The notes: generated by a model from the letters alone, not told the origin. Positions 27,111 through 40,902 are shown, counted from the first letter of the stretch. The stretch: DNA of 64,000 nucleotides from Cycas panzhihuaensis (GCA_023213395.1 CM041465.1:233933741-233997740), one strand, 5' to 3'. Numbers and translations are program-made.

Positions 27111-28679
27111 CATCAACACACGACATGAAAAGTTGGTTCAATCTCTACAAAGCTATACTTTTGTTTTGAAGCATTAGTTAAGAAAATCAAATTAGGTTGT
27201 TAACATATTAAGTAGGAGATCAACATTTCTTGCAATTGTAACATATAAGGTTATGGGATTTAAAGTGATCAAAGATATGTACACAGAAGATAAGGACTTT
27301 GAATAAATTATGGAACATCTCAAATAATCAATCATGTGATATGGTAATAGATATAATGATTATTTTTCATAAGAAGACTATTTATTTAAGGGAAAACAAT
27401 TATGTATTTCAAATAGTTCCATGAGAGAGAACCTTATTTAAGAACTACACAATCAAGGCATGGGAGGTCACTTTAGCCAAGATAAGATATTGGCCCTCAT
27501 TAAAGAGTAGTGCTTTTATCCCAAGATGGATAAATAAATGAATAAGTTAGTTGAAAGATATAGGATTTGTTAGCAATTAAAGGGACAAAGCCAAAGGATA
27601 GGCTTGTATAAGCCTTCACATATTCTTAAAGGACCTGACATTAATATCTCTATGGATTTCATCCTATAATTTCCATGTATACAACATGGGAATGATTCAA
27701 TATTTGTGGTCATTGATATATTTTTTAAAATTTCCTATTTTATTACCTATAAAAAGGCTAGTGATATAAACATGGTTGTAAAATTATTCTTCTAGGATAT
27801 TATTCAACTATATAGACTACCAAGGATAATAATATTTTATTATTCCACTAGAATCCTAACTTAATTTTGCCAAACCTCGTGGAAGAGGTTAGACATGAGA
27901 TTATAGTGCAACAACACTCATCACTCACAAGCAAATGGACAAATAAAGGTTAAAAATAGGTCCCTTGGAGACTTACTAACAAGTTTAACTATAGATATGC
28001 CATATCATATTACCATAGGTAGAGTTTTCATATAATAGTGTATTCAACAAATCAACTAGAAAATCACTTATTCAGGTAGTGAATGGGAGAGAAACCAAGA
28101 TTATAGTTGGTTTAACTATCTTTCCTTTAATAGAATGAGTGATGATGTTGAAGCTCTTATTGAGCATTTAAAATAAGCACATGAGGAAGTCAAACAATAT
28201 TACATGAAAAAGTCAAATAATAGTTATATCAAAGTAGTAAAATGTACAAGAAGAAAGTAGATCAATTAAGAAGATTTAAGAAATTTAATGAATGGGATTT
28301 TAAGATGGTATATCCATAAAAGGAGAGATTTCTAAAAGGTTTTTAAAACAAGCTTAAGTATAAGAAAATAGGACCTTGTAGTCTTAAAAAGAAAAATAAT
28401 AAGAATGCCTATGAGATCAAGCTACTAAATGGACTAAATATCTCCTTAGTATTTAATATTATTGGTTTATATGAGCATCATTAAGATGAAATTAAGATAT
28501 TAGAAAATACAATGGATTGGGAACAGTAAGTGACAAATAATAAAAGGGACGAAGCTAAAGTAGTTTAAGATAGGATAGAGATTGAAATATGAAGAGGAAC
28601 ATATCATTGTTATCTAGTTAATTGTTATGTATTGTTACATAAAAATAGCACCTAAATAACTAAAATGAACCAAGAGAAC

Positions 28680-28974
28680 TATAAGAAAATAATACTTTAT
28701 ACATTGTTGTAGAATATCATAAAATTAAAAATGTTGTTATATTTTAGAACCGAAAATGGGAGGAGAAACCCCCTCCTTGCTTGATTAACCAAATGAGGTA
28801 TAAAAGAGATCTTTATATAGTACATAAATAAGGCCAAGGTTATGGCTGACTTGAGGAGATATAGTCGACTATATATTGAGACTGACTTATACAAATTTAA
28901 ATATTATGTAATATGCTAAGGCTGACCTTAATAGAGTAAGGCCAACCTTAACAAATAAGACATTATTTTTAACA
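28680..28974 (-). repeat. Element E 3' LTR (295 bp)
   Basis: Matches 33330-33604 plus one extra ~20-bp internal repeat unit. Confidence 0.9.
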
Positions 28975-28984
28975 CCCTCTCTTC

Positions 28985-31900
28985 ATATTTTATTTATTTT
29001 ATTCCAAGTTTGTGTTAAAAAAATTAAAACTTCTCCCTTAATAATGGCTTTGTGAGTATGTTAATAATTTGATTATTTGTAGTGCAATGTATCATCTCCA
29101 GTCCCTTATTTTAGATCTTTTCTCTTATGAAGTGATGATGAACCTCTATATGCTTTATTCTACCATGAAAGACTGGATTCTTCATCATTTTGATTGCACT
29201 TTGATTATTGCAATAGAGAGTTATTAGCCCTTCTTATTCATGGTTTAGCTTCTTTAATAATTATCTGATCTAGATGGACTCGTAGGTTGCATTTACTATG
29301 GCTTTATACTCTAGTTCAATGGAGAATAAGACAATGATTAGTTGTTTCTTATTGCTCTAAGAGATAGTTGCTGATCTAAGTGACAAATAGTAACTTATAG
29401 TGGATTTTCTATCCTCTTTATTATTTGCCTAACCTAAATCATTGAAACCCACTAATTCTATTTTCTTAAGCTTTGTGTACTAGTCTTATGTCTGAGGAAC
29501 CTTTTAGATATCTAAGTATTCTTTTTGCCACATTCCAATGAGATAGCTTTAGTTCCTGTGCATATCTGAATACTACTCTAATAGAGTAAGAGATATCTAG
29601 TCTAATGGCAATGAGATATATTAAACTTTCCACTAATTATTTATGTATCTTTGCATCTATTGCTTGTGCATCAATATCACTAATTAGAATACACCCTATT
29701 TCCATTAGTGTGGCATATCTATTACAATTATCCATCTTGAATTTTGGTAGTAAATTTCTTATATATTTTGATTGAGATATAAATATAAAATCATCTTGTT
29801 ATTCTACCTTAATTCTAAGATAGTAATACAAAAGCCTAAGATCAATCATTTCAAAACTCTTTTAAATTGAGTCTTTATAGAGGTAATAGATTCAGTATTA
29901 TTCCTAATAAGGATCATGTCATCAACATAAACAACTATTATGGTAATCAAATTTTTTCAATCCTTACATACAAACTAGGATCAGATTTGCATCTTTAAAA
30001 GTGTTTCTAAATAAGATATTTATATAGTTTGCCATGCCATGCTCTAAGAGCTTGTTTTAACCCATATAATGCTATGTTTAATCTACATACAAGATGTTCT
30101 TTTCCTACTTTTGCATAATTAACTAGCTATCTCATATGTACTTCTTCTTTTAATTCTCTATTCAATAAGGCACGTTTTACATCAAGTTGATAAATTTTCC
30201 ATTCTTGTTGAGCTACTAAGACTATCATGGACCTTACTGTATTCAATTTCACAATTGGTAAGAAAGTTTTATCATAATCCATTCCAGTTGTTTGAGAATA
30301 TCCTTTAGTGACTAGTCAAACTTTATACTTTTCTATTTCTCCATCAATTTTTTCTTTTATTTTGTATGCCCATTTACAATCTACTATAGGTTTATCTAAT
30401 GGAGGCCCAATTAAATTCCAAGTTTTGTTTTTCATAATAGCAGTGATTTCTACATCCATTATTGTTTTCCATTGAGAATATTTATTGGCTTCCTGAAATG
30501 TTTGAGGCTCAATCAAACATAATAATGCTTGATGCTATTAAGACCTGGCTTTCTATTTAAATATATCACCTTTTGATTCTTCAATAGTCTTGAGATACCC
30601 CTTCAATACTTTCTTCATAGGAGTATCATCTTAATACCATTTAGATACTTTCTTTAGGGGTCTTCCTTCTTTTGAAGAATCTTGAATTAAAGGAGAACTT
30701 AACTAACTACTTAAACTTACTTGATCTAAAGGATTATTTTGTTGACTACTTAGACTTATCTAACCACTTGATGAACCACTTTCAAAGGTAATTCTAGAAA
30801 TTCCTTCTATAAGACTAGGAGCAAAGATAGGTATGGATTCAATTTATAATTTGTTCCTTTCTATTTGCCCATCAATTTATAATTTGTTCCTTTCTATTTG
30901 CCCAACACTTTTACTCCTTTATATTTTTCTAATACTTTCATCAAAAATAACATCTCTACTAACATAAATCTTATTTGTCTTAGGATCTATGCATCTGTAA
31001 GATTTTGATCTATTGTTGTACCTAACCATTATACATTCTATACTTTTACAATCAAGCTTGAAACTTTTCTTATTTGGAATATGGACATATGATTTACAAC
31101 CAAAAACTTCAAGACTAGCTACATTTGGCTTTTTGCCTTTCTATGCTTCTTCTAGTGTCATTCTATATAAGGCTTAAGTACGACCCATGTTTATAAGATA
31201 GACTGAAGTATTGATTTCTTCTACCTAATATATCTTAGAGACTTCTTTATCTTAAATTAGACATTGAACCATTTCCATAATTATCTTGTTCATTCATTCA
31301 ACGAAACCATTTAATTGATGAGTATATGTCATTATAATCTTTCTTTTAATTCCATGAGTTTTATAGAAGTGATCAAATCCTTTAGATATATATTCTCCTC
31401 CTCCATCAGATTGAATACATTTAATTTTACAATCACTTTCTAATTCAACTTTAACCTTAAATTCTTTAAAATAATTAAGTGTTTCTTATTTGCTATAAAG
31501 AAAATATATCCAAGTGTTTTCTTGAAAAATCATCAATGAATGTGAGAAAATGTGGTGCTCTATTGAGAGAATTTGGAGTGATCAGACCACAAAGATTAGT
31601 ATGGATTAATTTTAATTTTTTTTAGCATACCATGAACTTGATTGAAATGGAGCATTGTGTTGTTTTCCCATCATAGAACTCTTGCAAACAAAAGAATTGA
31701 AATGAACATTTGCTAAGACATTAACCATGCTAGAATTTTTTAATAATTCTAATTTGTCTTTTGAAATGTGCCTATACTTCAAATGTCATTTTTTATTATT
31801 GTCAGTGCTAGAAGAAACAAAAGAAATTTCATTTTTGGGCATAACTAGAGTACTATCAATTCTATAAGCAATAGAAGATATTTCATTGGTTTTTGGTATA

Positions 31901-33000
31901 ATAGGAGTAGAAACCAATTTATATAAGTTATTATTTTCTATCCCTTCTACAATTATATTGCCTCCTTTTTTCATGTCCAAAATAAGACAACATCCATTCT
32001 AATAAAAAATAATTCTCAAATTCTTTTTTGTTAACTAATATATTGATAATAGGTTCTTCTTTATATTAGGAACATACAAATTATTTCTTATTGTTAAAAT
32101 TTATCCATCAATTTCTAGAGAAATTGTTCTAATTCCTTTAATACAAAATCGATAGTTGTCTCCTAACTAAATAGACTCATTCAATGAATAAGACTTAAAA
32201 GATTCAAACTACTATTTTCTTCCTGTCATATGATTTTAGGCTCTTGAATCAACATACCAACCATCCTCTAAATTAAGACTTGAAGATAAGGCAACAATGA
32301 AGGCTGTTTCTTCTTCATTTAGTTTTGAATTCTACCCTTTTCTATAGTTCCCATCTACTTTCTTCCTTCTCTAGATATTTGCATGTCTTTAAGAACATTG
32401 ATATCGATAATGACTTAATAACCCATAATGATAGCAGACATAAAAAATACAACACTTATTTAAGCAGTGTCCTGGTCTTCTACACCTAAAGCAAACTTGC
32501 CATCTTTTCCTAGAAGCCATTTCAAATCTTTTATTATCTAATTAATGATAGACCTTCTTCCAAAGTTTTAGAATTCTTTACTAAATTTGAAGTTACTTCT
32601 AAGGCTTTTAGATCTTTAACTCTAGGTCTCTCAACTATTTCCTCTAATGATATTTAATGTAATCACCAGCTAAGACTTGATCTTATAATAATTACTTCCA
32701 TAGTTAACCTTATAATTATGTATACAACTCTTTTACTAGATGATATACGATGATAGACCTCCTAAATTTTCTAGAATTATTCAATAATGGAGATGGATAT
32801 ATAGTAGATCTATTTCCTCCCAAAATGTTTAGAATTTTACAGTAATGAAGACAGACATATGAACCAAGGAAGATATTATTTTGGCATGTAATACTCAACT
32901 TTCTTATCAAATTAGACTCAAATTAGATTCAATCAAGGAAGACATTTTCTTATAAATTAGTATGAAATACTTGGCTTCTTTATTAATAGATATATCTTAT
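28985..33000 (-). pseudogene. Element E gag-pol pseudogene
   Basis: EPQTFQEA..W, KNKTWNL, DCKWAYKIK, FLTFIDDFS and CFRCRRPGHC motifs; numerous stops; start position approximate. Confidence 0.88.
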
Positions 33001-33329
33001 TTTGACTTAACACAAATAGAATGTATAACCAATAGATTAAACTTGACCTAATGGAAAATTATTATTGACATGACAACATGTCTTTATTATAGATTTTATG
33101 ACATAAAACATACAGGACAACACCTCTTTACTATATATTTTATGACTTCAAAACATACCAAGAATAGCCTCGACTAAAATTAGATAGTAATGATGAACCT
33201 CTTAGGGTAGCCACTTGGGAAATATCAGACTCAATTGACTTTAGGATAGATCCAGTCACTTTTGGCTTCTCCAAATAGTATGAATAGCAAAGGTTAAATC
33301 ATAACCTCTGAAACCTTACTCAAATACCA

Positions 33330-33604
33330 TTAAAGAAAATCACACTTTGTACATTACTATAGAATATCAAAAAACCAAAAATGTTGATATATTTTAGAAC
33401 TAAAAATGGGAGGATAAATTTCCTTCTTGCTTGATTAACTAAATGAGGTGCAAAAGAAATCTTTATATAGTACATAAACGAGGCCAAGGTTCTAGCTAAC
33501 TTGAGGAAGTATAGTCAACTATATATTGAGACTGACTTATACAAATTCAAATATTATGTAATATATTAAGTCTAACCTTAACAGATAAGACATTATTCTT
33601 AATA
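33330..33604 (-). repeat. Element E 5' LTR (275 bp)
   Basis: Adjacent to the PBS; followed by the TSD copy. Confidence 0.9.
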
Positions 33605-33695
33605 AGAACTTGATGAGTTGAAAGGGAAATATTTTGAGGAAGTATGAGCAAAATCTTATGTATTATATTGTAAAATCTTCATAACCAAGGGAGGA

Positions 33696-34095
33696 TGATG
33701 TATGAGAATCATTATACATACATCTCTATATTATTATAGTATAGCTTAACGAATTTTGGTGTTGGACGTTTAACCATCCAAAATTACATCATGTCATCAC
33801 AATATAAATGAAAGTGTCTAACTAATAATTACAATAAATGTCATCTACCAATTTCTTTTATTAATTTATCATTATAACTTGTCAATGCCATTGCTCTCAC
33901 CAATTATATTAAATAAGGTATGTAATACCTACATTCACTAATAATTACAAAAAGTCCAAATATAAGCATTACAAGTATAAGGATTTATACTAACTTACTA
34001 ACTTTGCAATCTATTTATAATAACAATTCTTTAAATAGTTACTAAATAGTTATGAAATAGACTTCATAATGATTCATAATATCCATCGTATATCA
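33696..34095 (+). repeat. Element D 3' LTR (400 bp)
   Basis: Begins TGATGTATGA right after the PPT and ends TCGTATATCA (imperfect terminal inverted repeat). Confidence 0.75.
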
Positions 34096-34120
34096 ATGAA
34101 GGTTAAATTGATTATCGACA

Positions 34121-34133
34121 TGGTATTAGGGCC
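34121..34133 (+). promoter_or_regulatory. tRNA-iMet PBS of an older host element, preceded by a 25-bp LTR remnant ending in CA
   Basis: ATCGACA followed by TGGTATTAGGGCC, two transitions from TGGTATCAGAGCC. Confidence 0.65.
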
Positions 34134-36688
34134 CAAGGTTAAATCCTTGAAGGTAATATTATAAAGCCTTGTACATGTTATCCTTTTTTAATCTTTTAGA
34201 AGCCTTGTCAATTTTTTTGTTGTGCCTACTTAGTGACCTGTATATTGCTTATTTGAAGGACCATTTCAAGTTATTTGAAGCAACTTTATGCGTATTTTTT
34301 AAGGGACTTTTTTCTAAAATATTTAGGACTAGTTCATCACTACTTTTTCAAAATTTAAAGGGTTATTTTGATATTATTTAAAGGTTATTTAGAGCCTATT
34401 TAGAGTTGTAAATTAAAGGCTATCTTGAAGTTTTATTTTGAAGTTGTTTAAAGATTTTTTGAATCTTATTTTTAAAGATTTTGAAGCTATAGATTTATAT
34501 ACTTTTATGACTAGATTTCATGATGTATGTGGGCCCATTTTCTGAGCATGTAGATGTGTTATTTGTAGACATAAAAGTACATGTTCAAAGCTATTTTTTG
34601 AAGAAAAAATGAGCAAATTTTATACCTATTATAGACCTGATCACCTTGCAGAAGATGTTTTATCTACTATAAAAAACTTATGTCTTGCGATAGCTATTTG
34701 CAACATTAGTTATGGATGCTACTATAGTTATTGATTGTTATGCAAGCTCTAAGATTACAAGGAATGGATTATGGCATAGAATTATCAGGTTCACATGCCA
34801 TTGTCCATTTTGAGTTAAATAAATTTAAAGCTATAGACAATGATATAAAGGAGATGTTTATATATGAGGAGAATTGATTGACCATAAGCTACTCTTTTAT
34901 GTGAAAGGATGCCACATGAGAAGGGAAACCCTACATTGAAGCTAGAAGCACCAAGCAGAACAAGCCCATCAAATATAGATTTAAGATCACCAATAGACCA
35001 GGCCCCTCAAACCAGATTGAAGTATTCTGAATGTTCTTAAAAAAATGAACTCTAGAATACAAGACATCATGCCACTCATTTGCAAAGCATAAATAAATTA
35101 TATGTGATGGCTTGTAAGTCACTTTTCTCCTTCTAATGTTTGACTTATGTTGCGTTGGATTAAACATTTGATTCCATGGCTACTAGAAGAAGCATCCTAG
35201 ACACATTGAGAGGGTGATAACTTCCTAGAAAAAGCCATTTCCATGAAGGTTAGATTAGTGGGAACATATTTCTATGACAAGATGAGTTCTTTTCCTTTTA
35301 TTTTAGAAGATGCCTCATGTTGTTGTTTGTCATAAGCATGAGTTGAGTGGTTAGATTGATGATGGGAGTTTTTTGGAAATGAGCCTAGAGTCTTAAGTCA
35401 TAAATTTATGTGCATAATATCTGAGCAATCACTTCTGCTACTAGAATGATTTGGAGATGATTCAAATGCATTATTCACTAGATGACCATATGAAACATCA
35501 CTTACCATTGGCATGCTTCCTTGTTGGCATTTTAGACTTTCACTTAGAGCTTCAAAAGATACTGGTATGTTAGTAGAATGAGATATAACTATTGTGCTAT
35601 GAGGTTGGGAAGAACTGTATCTATTCCCTTGAAGTGATTATACCTATATAAGATATCCTGGTAGAGGATATACAAGAGAAATATATTACACAAATGGCCT
35701 CTCAAATGTGAGTGTGAACTCACTAGAGGCAAGTATGATGGAAACACTAGATATGGACTACTTCCATCATTATTCTTATTTCCAAAGTATGAATATGCAT
35801 GAATAGAAGGTTGCACAAGAATGGTCCCTGGAGGAAGAAGATTAGGAATGAAAGGAGAAGCCATAAGCAAAGTCTACACATGACCCTATGGAGGTGTAAG
35901 GAGTGAATAAGGTGCTAAAGTGGATCCTAGATGTGGGATAGCCATAGAATATGGAAAATGTACAGAATTTATCATTATTGTCACCTCTTCAATGCCATGG
36001 AGACCTAAAGCTCTCCAACAGAATAATGGCAACCCTACAAATTCATAGTGGTGCACAAAAATATTGAAGGGAAAAAAAATACAAAACAATATGGTAGAAC
36101 CCTAAAAAATTAGGGTTAATATTATTTTAATAAATCAACATTTTTTATTTTAAAGTTTGGCATATGTGATTTATTTTTCAAATATGTCTAAATTTCTTTT
36201 ATATTTAAAAAAATAGATTTAATTAAATTGGATAACTATTTCAGATCAGCCTAACACCCTTTGTACTTTAGCCCTTAGTCACATGAAGGCACTACGTGAC
36301 CAACTGCTAGTAGATGAAAGGGGATAAACCCTCATTTTTCATCCCTTATAGAGTCTTTGTCATATTTTTTGCTATAACTTAAGCTAGGAGGCTCCATTTT
36401 AAGTCTCGTCAGTTGCATTGGATTTATAACAAGGAGATCTTTCTCTTGGCAAGTCACTTAATATTATTTTAGGTTGTTTTGATACTGAAATTTTATCTCA
36501 AAGTCAAAAGTTCTCTTTAAAACTTTATCTTTCTTTATTTTATTAGTTTTTTTAGGCACATACATGTATTTTTAAAGGCTCCATGATATTTGTTGATATG
36601 GTGTACCCAAATAGGGGGGATAACATGTACTAAAGTCTTATTTTTTGGCTCTAGAGAATCTATTTTGAACTTTATTATATGAGAGAGA

Positions 36689-37335
36689 TGTTGGGTAATG
36701 TGACAACAATGGTTGGAGGCTAAAATTTTGGCATGTTGGCAGTGTCGTTTCCCTCCCAAACCTTCCTCGGGTAGTTCTAAGGGGATGGGAGCCCCCCTTA
36801 GCCAAGGGGGTATAAGGGGTATGGAATTCCCCTCACTAAGAGGGGGTTCAGGGGTGATAGCCCTTAACCTAAAAAATTAGCACTGGAAACTATATTAAAT
36901 TGTAAAGAGAATCAAGGTCATTCGATAAAAATACCCTAGATTCTACGGTATAGATTTGTGCCTTGTATGACTCTCTCATATAGCCTAATTTAGGGCATAT
37001 TTCATTATGTTGAGGTTATTCAATGTACTGTGAGGATTTAAGTGGTTGGTTGTTATTACTGTGAACATTTTGCTGCAGGATTATGTACATTTTCTCCATT
37101 TTGTGACAACAAAGATCAATACCTTTTCTGTGTGGATGTTTCCCTTGCACACTACTAGGATTTTACCATGTTATATCAGGTGTATTTGTGTGTTTGGATT
37201 TCTTGTTTAGTCTATTTGTTTTATCTCTCGTTTAAGAACTTGCATGTAATTTTTAGTTTTGATTTCTGTAACTAGTTGCAAGAATAGTTTAGATCTTGGT
37301 GGCAGTTTAAGGGTTGGGACCTTGTCTTCTCAACA
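36689..37335 (+). mobile_element. Solo LTR (647 bp)
   Basis: TGTTGGG..CTCAACA termini; perfect TSD AGAGA (36684-36688 / 37336-37340); TATA-like motif near 36892 followed by a T-rich U5-like region. Confidence 0.75.
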
Positions 37336-37524
37336 AGAGAGTCATTCATGTTATACTTGAGTCATATTTATATTTCAAATCATGTATTAAAATTATTGTT
37401 GATTTTTTATCCCATAGAGGCATGATGTAAGCCCATGGTGGCATGATGTAAAGCCCAAAGAGGCATGTTTTTAGCCCATTAAGCCATAAAGCCTTTTGAA
37501 GACTGCTTGTATTCATATTTTAGT

Positions 37525-37960
37525 AAGAGGTAGGACCCCTTTACTACTACTCTTATTGGCATTAATTGAACCATGTACACAAAGGAACATCATAGTTAAC
37601 TAGCGATTACAATGACTAGCAACTTATGCATTCTAGTGGACGGTGTTCTCTTCATATGGACATTAGTAATTGATTATATTATTGCAACATATTATGATTC
37701 AACTTAGTTAAAGACTTAGCACTTTCCATTTGAAGACTTCTTCCATTCCTATTTAATCAAGAGGTGTGACCCCTTTACAACTACACTTGCTAGCATTGAT
37801 TGAACTAGGTGTGCAAAGGAAGTTCCTACTTAACTACTGGTTGCAGCGGCTAGTTACCCATACATTCCGGTAGATGGACTTTACTTCATATGAATATCAG
37901 TAGCTTATTATGTTATTATAGTAGTATATGATCTAACTTTTATTTGAAGACTTGGAACTT
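37525..37960 (+). repeat. Old tandem duplication, ~234-bp period
   Basis: AAGAGGTAGGACCCCTTTAC..AAGACTTAGCACTT recurs at 37759 as AAGAGGTGTGACCCCTTTAC..AAGACTTGGAACTT. Confidence 0.8.
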
Positions 37961-38010
37961 ATTATTTGATGTGAAATTTCATTATGTAATTTACTATTAC
38001 ATAGGGGAAA

Positions 38011-38330
38011 TGTTAGGTGTGATACCTAAGTACACAATTACCCTCATGTAATCTCTCTCTATATCATGTATATTTTATATTTGAGGTTGTAGCCCAGATA
38101 AAGATGTGTGCCACCTCTAGATTGACCAATGAGGTTCTCTCACTAATGGTGGGCTTGCACTATAAGTATGTACACTATTATTCATTTTAATTGGAGTTTT
38201 GGTCATTTCTCCATATCTTGTATTCATGTGTATATACTTCATCTTTTTTTAACTTTATTGTTATATCTTTAACTCACCACTATATCCTTTGTATATATTG
38301 CATATTCAAATTCTAATATGATATCAGAGC
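38011..38330 (+). mobile_element. Putative short LTR (38011-38318) with upstream PPT and downstream iMet PBS
   Basis: AGGGGAAA|TGTTAG..TTCTAATA|TGATATCAGAGC; TATAAG near 38161. Confidence 0.6.
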
Positions 38331-39690
38331 TCCATGCTCAATGTCTAACACTTATTGACTTATTGTCAAGATCAAAGATTAATATCAATAAAGTCAATAT
38401 AAGCAGATAATATCAATATCAACATACTCATCAAAACTAAAAGAATGTTTATATAACAACTTTTATAAATCTATATAATCATGACATTAACATAGTCAAC
38501 CAACATCTCTCCCAAATTGAATGGTGTTTTATGCTAAAATAGATGGCCCAACATCTCTTCCAGGCACAACGTCTATGCATATATTACAAATTTATGAAGA
38601 GAAGGTACTTGTCAAAAGAGAAAAAATGTCTTAAGAGCTGGAGGAAGAGCATTCTCTAGAATAGAAGACTTGGAAAAATCATCTAATAACTTCATTACTT
38701 TACTTGTAGATATAGAAATTGTCTAAAGACGCTCTTTAATTACTAAAATAGAGACTTACAGTTCCTCCTCTATCTTATCATTAGACATGTTAGAGGCTAA
38801 TGTCACTGAAATAATAAGCATTAATTAGAGTTTTCTTAAGTTGTGGTTGAAGTGAAATGATCTATGGTTGAGTCTCTAGAAATTCCTAAGTGACTTCCCT
38901 TATGTCAACTAGGAGCAACTATATCTAGGACCACAACTTTGTAATGGCCTTCTAATCTTACCATCTATTAGCTAATAATAGAGCACATTGGGCTTCCTCC
39001 CATAAGTCGCCATTGTTTGTCGATATTTCAATTCATTAATCCATTACTAGAAAGATGTTACTTATACTTATAAGAGGTTTAGAGAGTGCACTAAGATATT
39101 CTAATGTTTAACTATTGCTCCAAAGAATCTTTGAAGTGACAAAATAGGACTTGTTGAGATGACATAACAACTTTTCTCTTTTAATATACTTTGTCAAAAT
39201 TTATTTGATGAGAGTCTTTATTATTATATTTATAGCTTCAAAAAAATCAACTTGCTCTTTTCAAATGACTTGAAGTTGAGGTCATAGTTTTGCTATGCCA
39301 CTAGAAATATTTTATAAATTCTTCAATAAAGAATGTTATTTCTCACAAAACTTAGTTTGTGTTTCTATTAATTGTCATGTTAACTATAATGCTAGATTAT
39401 TATTTTCTTACATTTAAGAATGTAGTTCTTTCATAAATAAATTAGAAGTATAAATTAATTCAACTATAGTAAGAAAGAAGAATTTAACAGACAATGTATC
39501 TAAAGAATTATTAGTGGCATTTTTCATAGATACCAAATCATCATAGTATTCCTCGGGCCATTTTAGAAATTTTGGAGAAATATTTGTTTCCTTCTATTTG
39601 GGAATCTAGCATTCATCAACTATATAAGTAGGTTATGTATTTATTAGTCTTACTTGTAGTTCAATTATTTATTTTTATGATTATATGCTC

Positions 39691-39746
39691 ATATACACAC
39701 ACACACACACACGCACGCACACACACACACACATATATACACACAC
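39691..39746. repeat. (CA)n compound microsatellite
   Basis: Direct read. Confidence 0.9.
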
Positions 39747-40820
39747 TTGGCTTTGCCTATAATGTGATGATTTGTATGTCTATTTTTATAGTTTATGATA
39801 ATTCTGACCATTGTTAGTGGCACTTATTACTTGTTCACCCAAGTCCCCTATATTTGAAGACACCCCTAAGTACCTTTGAGAGTAGTTCCAACCCTTAGTG
39901 AAATTATTATCCCCCTTTTACTTTTGTTTATTAAGTAGTTTTTGGCCATTAGTCCCTTTTTTAGTTACTTTTATTGTGCCCTATTATGTTCCTTTGCCCT
40001 ATTCTATTTTTTATAATGGGATATACATGTCCCATTATAAAACTTTTTATGAGGCATCCCCCATCCCATTTTCATTTTCTTCATGGTATACATATGTACC
40101 ATTGAGAAATTCTTAATGAAGTACCATGTACCATTCTAGTTTTTATAATAGGATGAAATCACCTTGTTATAAAATTATGGGCAGTGCTTTCTTTAAGAAA
40201 AGACCATCACCTCCCCCTGTAGTCACCAAAATTGAATATGCTTACAATAGAAATTACCCATATTATAATGTTATTAATAATTAACCTTTCATTATCTCTA
40301 AAAAGGCCATTCTAAAATCTATAGTTTTGCATTTGAATTCTTGACTCCCCCAAATTAGGTTTCACCCACATTCAAATCTATGGACTAAGTGTCCATGGTC
40401 TTTTCTCATAGCTTCATGGAAACCATGAGCCCCAAATCCACCAAGGGCCCCTATTAGAAAATCTATTTATATCCCCCACATTTTATGAGGAAGGTAAGGA
40501 AAATTTTTGTATTGTTATGATGCCAAAATATTTTCAAAATCCCTCTTACAATATGATTAATGCTTATGAGTTGCATGCCTTCTCATATTCACTTAGTTCA
40601 TATGATTAGTTATTGCTCTTATTATATTTCTCTCTTTCCTACATGCTTGCATACCAATTACCTACCATTGAAAGTGCTCAAGAGACCTTTTTGGGGTGTT
40701 TAGTTGGTATTTTAGTACTCTTTGATTAGTGACAATCTTGCCTTTTTTTAGGCTCATCCCCTTTCCATTTGCTTTTATTGGCAAATTAGTTTATGAGTAT
40801 TGCTTATAGATTAGTTTTGT

Positions 40821-40822
<2 letters not shown>

Positions 40823-40900
<78 letters not shown>
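40823..40900. repeat. (AT)n microsatellite
   Basis: Direct read. Confidence 0.95.

Positions 40901-40902
<2 letters not shown>

Larger units (their letters stand above)
28680..33604 (-). mobile_element. Ty1/Copia LTR retrotransposon E (4925 bp, decayed), nested in D
   Basis: LTRs 28680-28974 and 33330-33604; perfect TSD AGAAC (28675-28679 / 33605-33609); decayed PBS reverse complement ACTCAAATACCA at 33318-33329; PPT reverse complement CCCTCTCTT at 28975-28983. Confidence 0.92.
27110..34095 (+). mobile_element. 5'-truncated chromovirus (CRM-like) Gypsy element D: RNase H end, integrase, chromodomain-like tail, PPT, 3' LTR; interrupted by element E
   Basis: Decayed RHEKLVQSLQSYTFVLKH, HHSQANGQIKVKNRSLGDLL, NKLKYKKIGPC, NAYEIKL and YLV motifs; PPT AAGGGAGGA at 33687-33695; LTR with TGATG..TATCA termini. 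Confidence 0.8.

Noticed and set aside
38600-39250. Possible LINE reverse transcriptase relic on the minus strand
   Set aside because: Only faint resemblance on manual translation; no motif could be supported.
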